Below, piece by piece: positions 34,664 through 48,379 of a DNA stretch of 64,000 nt. How positions within the stretch are numbered: position 1 is the first letter of the stretch; each line of letters starts with the position of its first letter. The notes below the pieces were generated by a model that did no database searches, was not told where the DNA came from, and was given only the letters and a program-made list of their open reading frames with translations. Source of the stretch: Heptranchias perlo (lineage: Eukaryota). Where the stretch lies: NCBI RefSeq assembly GCF_035084215.1, contig NC_090361.1, forward strand, positions 3,410,001-3,474,000, in the 5' to 3' direction. The translations under genes were made by a program, and so were the position numbers.

Positions 34664-36402
34664 CTGTGAGGGGTGGGGGGGGCGGGGCGGGGGAGAGAAG
34701 GGGAAGTAAAAAGAAATGAAACTACAGGAAGTAAAAATGAAAATAACAGCCTCTGGTTATCCCAGAAGAGGTTTTCAGAACTGCAAAATTCAACAAAATA
34801 TTCAAATACAGCAGCCTAAATCCACCCATTAAATTCTAGCACTGTAGTTTTTTGGGGGCAGTCTCTAGTTTTTTTCTCCTCCTCTCCTTAAGGCATTGGC
34901 TCGTTGTCTTTGGTGCTTTGCCCAGGGGATCACAGGCAAGACCCCACTTACTTGCACTCATTCTTTCTTGTGATCCTTGATGAGTCTCATTGGGTTGTCA
35001 CTGGGGGAAATCACAGGTGAACCTGATCTTATCCTCATCCAGTGTAAAACTCGTGTACACCTTTCAGCAGCACTCGCTGCAGTGATCAGGAAAGGGAACT
35101 CTGGATAATTTTCCTCTCCTGAACCTAGGGGGGAACTGAACCCAACTGCAGCTCCTGTACTGCCGCCCGATGGAGATCAGCTAACTCATGGGAACGGGAG
35201 GAGGCCATTCAGCCCCTTGATCCTGTTCCGCCATTCAATGTGATCATGGCTGATCTGTACCTAACTCCATTTACCTGCCTTGGTTCCATATCCCTTAATA
35301 CCCTTGGCTAGCAAAAAACCAGCGATCTCAGATTTAAAATTATTAATTGAGCATCAACAGCTTTCTGTAGGAGAGAGTTCCACACTTCCACCACCCTTTG
35401 TGTGAGGAAGTGTTTCCTAACCTCTCTCCTGAATGGCCTGGCTCTGATTTTAAGATTATGCCCCCTTGTCCTCGCCTCCCTAACTCAGCTCAGACCAGAC
35501 CCTGAACTGGAACCTTCCTGATCTGCATGGTTCACTTGGTCAGATCACCATGATCTAACTGAATGGCGGAACAGACTCGAGGAACTGAATGACCTACTCC
35601 TGTCCATGTGTTATTCATTGGCTAACCTCTCTGAGCCACTAGGAAGCAGCTCAGCTCTGCACTTCAAACAAATATCTTTAAAAAAAACGCATCAAGAGTA
35701 GCCGAGTTGAATTAAAGAGACGGGTGTCCTGAGTCAGAATTCAATGGTCCATCCCGGACCCTGAAAATATGCAAAAGACCACAACCAGGTTTCAGTAGTT
35801 TAAAGGATTGTACAAGCTATAGAGTACCAGGCTGTTGCTAGTCAACCATGCAGAGTGCTGCTTTGGAGAGCTCAGCAGCAACTTTTTCCCATTAACTGGT
35901 AAAATCCAGAGGAAAACTAGAAATGGCAACATTGCATATTATCTTTTTAAAACAGTTCTGCTATTTCAATGGGCCCACTCCGTAAGTGGAAAACATTCAG
36001 TTCAGAAGCTTTTATACCATGTAGGTAGAATAAAAATTAATTTGATGTTAAGAGTTAAATACTGGCGAGTTCAGTATGTTAAATACAAGTTATCTCGGCC
36101 CATGCATTATGCTGTGGGATTCTAGGGTATAAACACTGCGTTTGTCTGAAACATCCTCTCTCCACTATTTCAGCACTGGCATGAGCCTGTTTAAAATTAA
36201 GGGTTAATGCCTCTTTAGAATAGTGCACAGCAGGCTATTGCAGACAAATACACTTGTATCCCACAGAATAACGGCAAGGGCTTGGGGTGCCTAACATTCT
36301 CAAGTTAAATCAATGAATAAACCGAACTCTTCTCAATCTTACATGAAAGGTTGGAATAGTTGTCATTGAAATGCTTCTTGACTCAGGAAATGGTTTACGT
36401 AC

Positions 36403-36500
36403 CCAGCCAGTAAAAAATCATCATCCACAATGTTTTTCAGAGGGACACAAAGAATGGGAGGCAAATTTTGGAACATTCGGTGTGAGAACTGGCCAGTTAT
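36403..36500 (-). CDS. DCAF15: DCAF15 exon 2
   Basis: [32 protein letters not shown]. Confidence 0.95.
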
Positions 36501-37229
36501 CTACGAGAAAGAAAACGTGACATTAATTTGTAGCCATAAAAAAAAAGAAACACATAACAATGGGTAATCATCTGGACAAAAACTGGGTTGAAATGGTTTG
36601 ATACCTTACAATGCCCTTCACCTGACCAACTGTGTAATGACAAACAGCGGAAAGAGCTGCTATAATCAGAAATTTGGCTCACCATTCAGCCGAGAGCTGG
36701 AGTTGGGGAATAGGATCCTATTATCCACCACTCCTCATTGCAACACCCTCCTGTTCATGAACAAGCATGAGAAAATAGCAAGGCCCCGAAAGATCCCGAC
36801 AGGCTGGACTAAACAAAGATAACTTTTAAGCTCGGCTTTTAAGTAATGAATTTAATTAGTGGGGGTAAGGGCCCCTGGAGTATTCCTTTAATGTCAAGAG
36901 CGATTCCCTGATGCAAAGTTGGTGTCATAATACACAATTCCCGGTTGTAAAACAAGTTCCTTCTTAATTTGCTGCGCCCATTAAAACCTAAATTGAGAAT
37001 CACTATAAGCCCGTGACAAATTTAGAAGAATATGAGAAGCTAGGAGTGGGCTGCCTCCCAATCCATGAATGTTACGTCAATCATCGACATCTCACTCTGA
37101 AATATGTCTAGAAAGGTTTGCTAAATTTTTACCAATTCGTTTATCGAAGAGCTAAAATTCTACACATATTAAAGGCTGAAAACTTAAACTTAGAGAGAAT
37201 TGGGAGCAGGTTACATACCCAGCCAAAAC

Positions 37230-37815
37230 AGGAATAACTTCCATTTCTACAGCATCTTTCATGATCTCAGGACGTCCCAAAGCATTTTACATCGAGTCTA
37301 CAATGTAGAAACAGGCCATTCGGCCCAACTTGCCTATATCAGCGTTCATGCTCCACATGAGCCTCCTCCCACCCACTTCATCTAACTCTATCAGAATGAC
37401 CTTCTATTCCTTTCTCCCTCATGTGCTTATCTAGCTTCCCCTTAAATACATCTATGCTATTTGCCTCAACTACTCCTTGTGGTAGCAAGTTCCATATTCT
37501 CACCACTCTTTGGGTAAAGAAGTTTCTCCTGAATTCCCTATTGGATTTATTAGTGACTATCTTATATTTATGACCTCTAGTTTTAAACTCCCCCACAAGT
37601 GGAAACATCTTCTCTACGTCTACCCTATCAAACCCTTTACAGCCAATGAAGTACTTTTGAAGTGTAGTCACTGTTGTAATGTAGGAATCGCGGCAGCCAA
37701 TTTGCGCACAGCAAGATCCCACAAACAGCAATGTGATAGACCAGGTAATCTGTTTTAGTGATGTTGGCTGAAAGATAAATATTGGCCACGACACCAGGGA
37801 GAACTCCCCTACTCT
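37230..37815 (-). mobile_element. DeuSINE interrupted by a CR1 3' fragment (37292-37635)
   Basis: TSD TTTACA at 37286-37291 and 37636-37641. Confidence 0.85.
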
Positions 37816-40422
37816 TAAAAATAACTCAAAAAGAGGGCGTGCTTGAAGCACAGCACCCCATTCTGCACAGGAGAGAAAGCTAAACTCGGAGCAATTCTCC
37901 ATTGGGCAACTTCTAGCAGACTAGCTGAGAGTGGCCTGGGAGTAGGGGTGCTCGCTCCATCCTCAGATGTAGGAGGTGCAGCGTGATAGGGGGAGAGGGT
38001 ACTTGGCCTCACAGAAGCGCCATTTATATTGTGGGATGAATTTCGGCAATGCCAGAACAATTACGCACACATTGTCAGTGCAAAGTTGCATTTGTAATGT
38101 TACCAATTCTGGCTGCAGATCTTTCCCAATGTCAGAAGAAGCTTTATACATGTGAGCTAGGAGATTAGCGTACTCCACCCGAGCCAGAATAAAATGGCAG
38201 TCGCTGGCAAGGAACTAAACCAACTTACGTTGTGCATCAAAGTGGATTACATACTTCGATTAACCCACATTGCAATTAATTCATTGTATATACTACGACT
38301 CACCCCTTTTCCATAGCAGTGGTTTACATGTTGGATTGGTTGGCCACTTTCATACTAGAATTAGCTCATTTGCACATGTTGTAATTAATCTATATTGTAC
38401 ATACTTGAATCCAAGTTGCATAGGAGAACTTTACATATTGCAGTTAGTTGGTATTATGAAGCCACTACATCATACATTTGGATTATATTTGCAGATTTCT
38501 CTCTACTCTGCCCAACAATTTGCTGCAGCCCAACCTCAAATAAGCCTCCCCCCGAATGCACTACCATGGCACCCTTTCCATTTTCTACACCGATGCATAT
38601 CCCAGTGATACTGCCAGTTAGTGCCAAATTAGGGGCAATTTTGTGATAGTAGTTCCACGTCCACTAGGAACTGCACTGAAACTACCCAAGCTCATTTTAC
38701 ACAGCAGCTTTACAGAAGAGACTTTCACTTATTTAAATCCAGGATGAACTGCTGATATCTGACCCACCGCACCATTCAGTTCCCAATAATTGCATTGTTG
38801 TAGCACGTTATCACTCAAAGAAAGTCGCACAATGAATCACTTTTTGAAGTGTACAGTGACTGTTGTTATAAAAGGCAAACACGGCAGCCATTCTGCATCA
38901 GCAACATCCCACAAACAGCAACAACATGAATAACCAAGTTAAACTAAGTATTGGTAGTACTGGTTAAGGGAGGAATGCTGATCAGGGCATCTTGCTCTTT
39001 TTCTTTAACATCCGCCTGAACCAGCAGGGTTCAACGTCTCACGCAAAAGACGGCACCTCCGGCAACGTAGCACTCCATTGGTACTGCAATGGAATGTTAG
39101 CCGACCCAAGTCCGGTGACTTGATCCCATAAGTTTTCTGATCCAGGAGTGAGAGTGCTACCAACTGAGCCAAGCTGACAAGGATGTAGCAATTCAGATGA
39201 ATACTTAAATGTTACTGAACAACAATCTTTACTGGTGTCCTGCCTTTCTTTATGGTTTGAAACAGCTGCTTACAGGCAGAACTTGAATTTCTATAGCGCC
39301 TTTCACGTCCCAAAGCGCTTTTCAGCCAATGAAGTACTTTTGAAGTGTAGTCACTGTTGTAGTGCAGTAAATATTTGAGGCAAAATTTCTAGTAGTGACA
39401 CTTAATTGTCAACTGTCATTTTTCTTTGGCACAATCCCAATTTCACAAAGCTTTATCCTTCTGTGAGCAACATTACATAGAATTTACAACTCAAAAACAG
39501 ACCATTCGGCCCAACAGTCTATGCCAGTGTTTATCCTCCCTACTTCATCTAACCGTAACCTTCTATTCCTTTCTCCCTCATGTACTTAACTAGCTTCCCC
39601 TTAAAGGCATCTATGCTATTCACCTCGACTACTCCTTGTGGTAGCGAGTTCCATACCTTGCAGGAATAACACTCTGCCACTTAACAGGCAATTGGTCTCC
39701 CTCTTGATAATTTTGGATGATCAACCATGCCAATGTTGTGGAGAGAGAAGGAAATGGCTGCTCCCTAGACCACACACTATCCCAGATGTCACTACAGGCA
39801 AGACTTTAAAAAAAATCACACTGCGCAACATTAAAAATCAATGCTATCACATGAAAATTCCTCTGTCCCTTATTGGGCATGACTCCTTTTAAGATGAAAG
39901 GGGGGAAACGCCAATGTTAAACTAGCAGACAAAGGAATTTCATGCAAACACATTAGTAGTCATTGATATTACAGTGTAATTTCAAACCAGACCTCCAGCC
40001 CCAGACAGTATCTGAGCCGGTTTAAAACAAACACACATTAAAGAGAATGCTGAAAGCAACCAGCAAGTGTCATAAATAATCTTCCTTTTACAGCATTTTT
40101 AAGATTGATATGAAATGAATTGCACCATCCTTTTTAAAATATATATATATGATGTGCTATTATTCCATGGTAACCTTGAGTCATTAACTCATGGTTGCTT
40201 TAGGAGATGGGACGTTTATTACATTAACCTGGACTGGTTAATGGAAAGTGTTTGATTTTTTTTTGCAATCTTTAAACATGTTGCTGTGAAAAGGAGGGAA
40301 TTTAGTGGAGTTACTTGTCCCATCAATCACCGGGAACTTGACCCATGTCCAGGTTACACCTGTGGTTTGGATTTTCACCCTGTTAAATGTACATTTAGTG
40401 TTAGACGCCGTCCATTCAGTAC

Positions 40423-40497
40423 CTTCAGCCGGTATAGGCTCCTCAGCACATTGTTTTTCTTCCTCCCAGTCGGGCGCTTATTCCAGCTCGGCGCCAT
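40423..40497 (-). CDS. DCAF15: DCAF15 exon 1 (DDB1- and CUL4-associated factor 15; total CDS 2139 nt, 712 aa)
   Basis: aaaATGGCG (YY1-type start), MAPSWNKRPTGRKKNNVLRSLYRLK|gtactg; all 13 exon phases are compatible. Confidence 0.9.
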
Positions 40498-40499
40498 TT

Positions 40500-40780
40500 T
40501 CTCCTCAAACCTCCCTCCTCTGGCGCCGCGCAACCAAACTTGATCGGCCGCTGCTCCCGCCCCCCCACCTCAGGCTCGGGTAAAAACATCGCTCTCCCAT
40601 TGGTTACTCCGTGTCCCGGCGCGGCTCGTCAATGGTCAGTCCCCCACGTCAATCACGGTCGCTTCCGGGGCTAGCGAGTTAGGTTGAGCCGTCACCCCCC
40701 CCCCTCCTCGTTGCTAGGGTAGCGCCCCGTAGAGGGAAGGCAGGGCAACAACAACCGGCCTCCATGAGCCCGATTCGACC
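40500..40780 (-). promoter_or_regulatory. CpG-island promoter of DCAF15
   Basis: GC box ccgccc, CCAAT (attgg ~40599), TGACGTGG on minus at 40644-40651, ETS cttccgg ~40662. Confidence 0.65.
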
Positions 40781-40959
40781 TCCAGAAAGTGTGCAAGAGG
40801 CACATTTACCAAAGGTGTGGACCAGTCGCCCTACAGGTTCTGGGTTCAAAGCCCATCGTGGCAAGTTGTGAAATTAAATTGACTCTTCATACCCTCAGAG
40901 CAACAAAGGATGCATAATGTTCTCCTCATCCCAAGAACAACTGGAAGAAAAATACCAAT

Positions 40960-41676
40960 GGGCCAGATTTTGCTGTAGCAGGGTATCTAACGGCATCTGC
41001 CGTTACTTGGATTTGCCCCTGTACCCTTCAGCTCAAAAAATACCCACAAAGTTGCTGAAAGTGCGAGCTGATAAACGACGCAGCGAAGGAAACAGGGCAG
41101 CTGGGACCTGAGTGAACAGGGCAACCAACAGGCCATCTCCTTAATGAGATTCAAGGATTGGGAAATAAACAGCGGAAGGACTGAGGAGGGTGAATTCAAT
41201 GTCAAATCTGGTACAGAAAGAGAAATAGAGAGAAAGAAAGATTGGATTAAGAGAGACGAAAGGAAAAGAAAGAAAAAACATCTCCACATTTAAAACAAAA
41301 TTTTTAAAATCTCCAAAAAATTCAAAACCTGAAGGCATGAGACTCCACACTTGTAATAGTTCATTTTCAGGACCAGAGAAGTTGATTGGCAGTGATTAAC
41401 AATTATCACATCGTTAAAAGGGTACTTACACTAATTACTGGCTCTAAATACCTGCGGTGAGTTTAGTTCGTATCTACTGCCCAAATACAGCAACTTCAAC
41501 AGTGAGATGCTGTTTTCGCGAAGCTAACGGCAGAGCGGTGTAACTCGGACAGCAACTTTTGGATAGTCACATTTAACCGCGCATCTGCTCCTTGCCCGAA
41601 GTTGCTGCACCATTTACGCATAAATAGCAACAAGCACCATTAGTCTCATCGTTATTTTGACAGCAAATTCTGGCCC
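40960..41676. mobile_element. Non-autonomous DNA transposon, Harbinger-like TIRs
   Basis: GGGCCAGATTTTGCTGT ... ACAGCAAATTCTGGCCC (16/17 match). Confidence 0.65.
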
Positions 41677-43064
41677 TTTGGCTGTTGCACATCAAATACC
41701 CTTGATGCTGTTACACTTACTGTTCGACTATTGTAAGTAGGGCCCCCAATGGTGTTTTCCAATTGGTATGGAGCAGAGAAGGGTTGTGACAAAGAGGGCA
41801 TTCAATGACAGAACAGGAATTGTTAGCAGTGAGCACATGTGGTGATGGAGACCATGGCCAAAATTGACTAAAACGGAGCTCAATAAGAGGCTCTAACAGT
41901 TTGGATGCTACAATTAGTCTCAGCCGCCTTAGGCTACAGAGCGAGTTTCTGCTCGATTGTAATTTTCACCCCATTACCACCTCATTTTTAAGCATAAACT
42001 GGGTGGTGGGGGGCGGGGGGGTTGTGGGGAAGGGTGACAAGATGAAAATCATTCCCAGAGTTTTTAAATTGACTTTCCTTTATGAATTTGGCCAGTTTCA
42101 ATCTACCTCCCAATGGCCATGGGCTCAAAGCACAACATAATTCAGCACAAATTGCCACTAAATTGGAACAAAAAGAACTTGCACTTATATAGCATCTTTC
42201 ACGTACTCGGGACGTCCCAAAGCATTTCAGAGCCAATGGATTACTTTTGAAGGGCAGTCACTGTAGTTATGTCGACAAACAATTATCACACAGCATGGTC
42301 CCACAAACAACAATGAGATTTGTGGACAGCTAATCTGTTTTTTGGTGATGTTGGTTGAGGGATAAATGTTAGCCAGGACACGGGGAGAACTCCCCTGTTC
42401 TTCTTTGAATAGTATCATGGAATCTTTTACATCCACCTTAACAGTTAGAGGGGGCCTCGGTTAAAGGACTCATCTGGCACCTGTGACAATGCGGCACCCC
42501 CTCCGTGTCTGCCTAGGTTATGGGCCCAAGTCCTGGAGTGGGGCTTGAACCCATGACCTTCTGACTAAAAAGAGTGCTACCAACTGAGAAAAGCCACAGG
42601 ACAGATGGTGTGGGACATGGAAAAAGTTTGATGTGAATGTGGTGCACTGAATAGGAAAGTATTCACTTTCTCAGCATGACCACTTCGAGTACAAAATTCA
42701 CCACAAAGAGTTGATCTTTTTTGAAAAAAAAAATTTCAATGGCTCCACAGGCACATCGCTCTGTCACCTGCACCAAACCCACACCAGTAAACTTGGCCAC
42801 AATTTGCACAACTCAAGCAAGAAAATTAATTTAATCTAAAGTTTATTTTTTCTTCCATGTAGGCACAAAGTGAGGACCAGTGACTTATGGGGAAATAAAC
42901 CACTCGTTGCCACTGATATTTTGTGAAGCGACGTTCTGCCCTTTAAATACACAAGAATTGGGGAAAATCGACTGGCACCACTAGGTTCTACTCGAGCGGG
43001 ATCACATCTCGAAATTTCAGGTACGATGCTTGTTCGATAAAATAGTCCATCCACTAACGAGTTC

Positions 43065-43620
43065 CTGCCCAAGTACTGCGTTCCGTTCTGGGCACCACAT
43101 CTCAGGAAAGGTATATTGGCCTTGGAGGGGTAGCAGCATAAATTTAGCAGAATAATAGCGGGGCGAAAAGGGTTAAATTATGAGGACAGGTTGCATAGAC
43201 CAGACTTGTACTTCCTTGAGCATAGAAGATTAAGGAGTGATCTAACTGAGGTGTTTAAGATGATTAAAGGGTTTGATAGGGTAGAGAGAGAGAGAGAGAG
43301 AGAAACTATTTCCTCTGGTGGGAGAGTCCAGAACAAGGGGGCATAACCTTAAAATTAGAGCTTGGCCGTTCAGGGGTGATGTCAGGAAGCACTTCTTCAC
43401 ACAAAGGGGAGTGGAAATCTGGAACTCTTTTCCCAAAAAAGCTTTTGAGGCTGGGGGTCAATTGAAAAATTCAAAACTGAGATGGTTAGATTTTTGTTAG
43501 GTAAGGGTATTAAGGGTTACGGAACCAAGGCGGGTAGATGGAGTTAAGATACAGATCAGCCATGATCAAATTGAATGGCGGAACAGGCTCAAGGGGCTAA
43601 ATAGCCTACTCCTGTTCCTA
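43065..43620 (+). mobile_element. CR1 LINE 3' fragment
   Basis: SRTRGHNLKIR...RKHFFTQRGVEIWNS; same family as 50185-50640. Confidence 0.9.
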
Positions 43621-44810
43621 TTAACGCTTTAGTACATTTGAAATTTAATTTATAGAAAGTAAAACAAATAAAACCAGACCAAAAACAAGATACCAGGTCA
43701 ATACTGAGGTTACAAACAGGATATATTTTGTTACACAGCACCCAACAGGTTACAATTTAATGATGATTCAGGCAAGAAGATTTAGTACAACAAATTAAAT
43801 GACATATTTGTAGAGGACAGTGTTCAGTAGTATTCAAACCAGTGACCTAGAGCAGAAGTGCACCATGGCCAGATAATCATCTCCAATCTCAGCACACTGC
43901 GGTGGGGAGTAGCACCACAGAAAAGGAAAGGAACTCCAACACTGAGGCACTCGAGTGCCTGGTGCTGACTGACCCGGGACAGGTCTGTTGGGGAGCGCGG
44001 GGAAGAGGGGGTGGGCTGCAACCCCCCAACCTTCTTGGTGGGGGGTAAATACTGTTTGGTAAAACCGGCATTAGTTATAATGACCTTCCTGAAGCAGGCA
44101 GCATGGTAGGGCAGTATAACTGGGATCCAAGGTGTCCCTGGAATCACCAATATGAGGAGCAGACATGCCGCAGTGACAAGAGGCTGTTGGGACCATTCAA
44201 CACGGCCTTTGTGTTTCACCTTAAAGCCCAATAGCAGGGTACGGAGCCAGAGAAAACGAACAGGGATCGGACGGTGATAGAAAGAAAGGATTTGCATTTA
44301 TATAGCGCCTTTCACGACCTCAGGACGTCCCAAAGCGTTTTACAGCTAATGAAGTACTTTTTGAAGTGTAGTAATATAGGAAACACGGCAGCCAATTTGC
44401 GCACAGCAAGATCCCAGAAACAGCACCGACCAGATAATGTTTTTTGTGATGTTGGTTGAGGGATCAATATTGGCCAGGACACTGGGGGAGAATTCGCCTT
44501 CTCTTAGAAATAGTGCCGTGGGATCTTTTACGTCCACCCGAGAGGGCAGACAGGGCCTCGGTTTAACGTCTCATCCGAAAGACAGACCTGAAAGAAAATC
44601 TCATGGCCGTCGTCAATGACAGTCAAGACTGGATACGATCTGGTGCTCGCTGGCTGGGATTCCAGCACTCTACCAGTATTCGGGACACTCTCCGTGTACT
44701 AATATATGAAGCAGCTCGATAAACCCGGACTCACAAAAGCAAAAGGAAAACGAGCCATTGCACATTTATGATTTTCCCCCCATCCCCGACACCATCATCC
44801 AAACCCCAGC

Positions 44811-45184
44811 TCAGACATTCCTCCTTTGCTCCTCACTGCAAGAACACTGGCAAAACTCACAGGATGCAACTAGTCTAGAGAAAGAATCCCAGACAACTGG
44901 GTCATCGGTACAGACAGTTCCTCCCCCTCGGTGCTCCTGTGCTTGATCCCGGTTGATATCCCCGATACAGGTCCACTTAACGTCTCTGTCTGATTGTGTC
45001 ACGCACCATTTGGAGTGATCCACGCGCCTCTTGAAGCTGATCTCGGCGGTGAATTTAATTCTCCTGACGTTGAACACCGCGTAGTTCATGGTGCAGTTGG
45101 ATGGGCTGGTGTGCGCAGAATTCGGCCAGGTCTCAACCAACAGGTCACTCTGGAAAAAGCCCGCCACCCAGCCAGAATACAAAT
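44811..45184 (-). CDS. DNASE2: DNase II last coding exon (second catalytic HSK)
   Basis: LYSGWVA...DHSKWCV...WTCIGDINR...RGGGTVC...*. Confidence 0.95.
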
Positions 45185-45259
45185 CTGTAACGTACAAGAA
45201 GATGGTGATATAGCAGTGACAATGGGAACTCGGCCTGGTTCATCCAAAACTAGGTGCCA

Positions 45260-47055
45260 TTAATATAAGATAGTCACTAATGAATCCAATAGGGAATTCA
45301 GGAGAAACTTCTTTACCCAGAGAGTGGTGAGAATATGGAACTCGCTACCACAAGGAGTAGTTAAGGTGAATAACATAGAGGCATTTAAGGGGAAGCTCGA
45401 TAAACACATGAGGGAGAAAGGAATAGAAGGATATGCTGATAGGGTGAGATGAAGAGGGGAGGGAGGAGGCTCGTGTGGAGCATAAACACCAGCAGAAACC
45501 AGTTGGGCCAAATGGCTATAAATGCTACGTAATTCTATGTAATACTTCCTGTTCCATCCCCTAATGATAGGATTAGACTTTGTGTTAGAACCCCAAAAGT
45601 GTAAAAGGGGGTGGGGAGAGGGGCAGAATTAAAACAGCTAAAGTGACAAAACTGCTGAAGTATTCAACACATAAATTCAGCTACGTGGAGACACTGGAGA
45701 AGCTGGGGTTGTTCTCATTACAGCAGAGAACATCAAGGGGAGATTTAATAGAGGTGTTCACAATCATGTAGGGGTTTTGATCGAGTAAATAAGGAGAAAC
45801 TGTTTCCAGTGGCAGGAGGTTCAGTAACCAGAGGCCACAGATTTAAGGTAATTGGCAAAAGAACAAGAGGGGAGAGTTGACGCAGTGAGTTGTTATGATC
45901 TGGAATGCGCTGCCTGAAAGGGTGATGGAAGCAGAGTCAATAGTAACTTTCAAAAGGGAATTGGATAAATACTTGAAGGGGGAAAATTTGCAGGGCTATG
46001 GGGGAAGTGGGACTAATTGGATTGCTCTTTCAAACAGCTGGCACAGGCACAGTGGGCCGAATGGCCTCCTTTTGTGCTGTATCATTCTGTGATTCTATTC
46101 TACAAGTATTTATCCAATTCCCTTATGAAAGTTACTATTGAATCTGCTTCCACCGCCCTTTCAGGCAGCGCATTCCAGATCATAACAACTCGCTGCATAA
46201 AAAAAATTTACCTCATCTCCCCTCTGGTTCTTTTGCCGATTATCTTAATAAGGATTTCGATGCAGGGACAAAAGAAAAAATGAAGGTACGCTCCACAGAA
46301 CAGTAGAACTCAGGCAAAGAATCTTTTAACAGATGTTTGAAGCAGAATCGAGAGAGGTGTGTGTGGAAATTTAAGCTTCACAGGAGGTACAGGCAAACAA
46401 TTATTTTTCCTTCTAAAACATGAACGGAACACATTTAAACTGAAAGTGGCTGAGACGGTTTGCAAGGGCGATGCTTGAGACTTGGAGAGGGCAGAGTCAG
46501 GAATCAACCTGAGAGAGGGTGAGAAGAGGGCTCTGCAGCGCCAATGTCCTTGCCACGGAGGGTGTGCAACGAAGGTTTACCAGACTGATTCCTGGGATGG
46601 CAGGACTGACGTATGAGGAGAGATTGGGTCGACTAGGCCTATATTCACTAGAGTTTAGAAGAACGAGAGGTGATCTCATCGAAACATATAAAATTCTTAC
46701 AGGACTAGACAGACTAGATGCAGGGAGGATGTTCCCGATGGCTGGGGAGTCCAGAACCAGGGGTCACAGTCTCAGGATACGGGGTATGCCATTTTGAACT
46801 GAGATGAGGAGAAATTTCTTCACTCAGAGGGTGGTGAACCTGTGGAATTCTCCACCACAGAAGGCAGTGGAGGCCAAGTCATTAGATGTATTCAAGAAGG
46901 AGATAGATATATTTCTTAATGCTAAAGGGATCAAGGGATATGGGGAAAAAGCGGGAACAGGGTACTGAATTAGACGATCAGCCATGATCAATTTGAATGG
47001 TGGAGCAGGCCCGAAGGGCTGAATGGCCTACTCCTGCTCCTATTTTCTATGTTTC
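45260..47055. mobile_element. Cluster of CR1 fragments in DNase II intron, including an inverted pair
   Basis: 45260-45540 (+), 45690-46100 (+), 46100-46250 (-), 46545-47055 (+). Confidence 0.85.
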
Positions 47056-47074
47056 TATGCAGAAAATACATTAC

Positions 47075-47272
47075 CGTCTCCAAATTTCCTGTACTTTGCA
47101 AAACTGATGAACTGCTTCCCCGCTGCCGATGAAAGGGTCACCTCGCGCTTCCAGGGAGGAGCCTTCACGTGTTCTCCAACCGCTGCCTTGCTGAGATTCA
47201 CTAGATCTCCAGCAAAGGCGGGCGGTATCGAATGATCGTAGACGTGGGGATTGTTGTACAACAACTGCGTAC
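47075..47272 (-). CDS. DNASE2: DNase II coding exon 5
   Basis: TQLLYNNPHVYDHSIP...VTLSSAAGKQFISFAKYRKFGD. Confidence 0.95.
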
Positions 47273-48036
47273 CTACAGAAAGGCAACGTTCAGGGGGTAA
47301 GTCAGACACCTCAGGAAACTTTCACAACAGCGCAATCCTTTAATGGACAAACACACAAACAAAGTAAAGGCCAATTCAGGGAACGAGAGATGCTCTTTTT
47401 TCTTTGTGTGGGGGGGGGGGGGGGGGGGAATTTTTTCTCCCTCTCCTTTCTTGGGCTCTTTATGTTTCTCCCTCCAGAACGTTGGAGTCTCAAAAGGTGT
47501 CAGGTACCTTACATAGAATTTTACAGCACAGAAACAGGCCATTCGGCCCAACTGGTCTATGCCAGTGTTTATGCTCCACATAAGCCTCCTCCCACCTTAC
47601 TTCATCTCACCTATTAGCATATCCTTCTATTCCTTTCTCCTTCATGTACTAATTTAGCTTCCCCTTAAAGGCATCTATGCTATTTGACTCAACTGCTCCT
47701 TATGGTAGCGAGTTCTACATTCTCACCACTCACCGGGTAAAGAGGTTCACTGATCAGTCTCGACACTGAGGATCAACAGGCTATTCAACCAGAGGGGGCA
47801 TCAGATCAGCTTACGCAGCAGACCTCTCGGACGACAGGTACCCGGCCAATGAATATTGATTGAGATTCTTTTGCCCCCACCCTAGCCCAGGAGTTTGGAG
47901 ACTAATTCTAGCGCTCCACCATCCCAGCTAACTCGTGGATCAGGGATCAAACCTGGCGCCTTCCTGGGCAGTACATTCACCAGCTTTGCACTATTTTAAA
48001 GAAAACGAAACAACACTTGCTGAGCAATCTCCTTAC

Positions 48037-48198
48037 CAATTTCCTTGAACTGGGAATATGGGTACGTAACACAGAGGAACGATTGTCCATTTCGTAATCC
48101 ATTGTGTGGCCAGGAATAGCTCTCGTCAGTTCTTGGTGGAAAGTGCGGAGTGCTGTGAATCAACCAAAAGCCTTGTTTCTGATCCAAAAGTACAACTC
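48037..48198 (-). CDS. DNASE2: DNase II coding exon 4
   Basis: VVLLDQKQGFWLIHSTPHFPP...NGQSFLCVTYPYSQFKEI. Confidence 0.96.
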
Positions 48199-48379
48199 CT
48201 GATTTTAGGAAGAAAATAAACACCGATAAACACACACTGTCTGGGCTGGCAGTTAATAAGTGAAAAAATACCCATAGCTGAAATACTCAAATCTAATGAC
48301 AGAGGCAACATAAAGGATTCACATCCTGTCATAGGTTTGAATTCTGGACTCAATGGGGTATGTGAGGAATATAACAATA

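Noticed and set aside
47104-47135. CTGATGA...GAAA hammerhead-like words
   Set aside because: No convincing stems I or II; lies antisense in a DNase II coding exon
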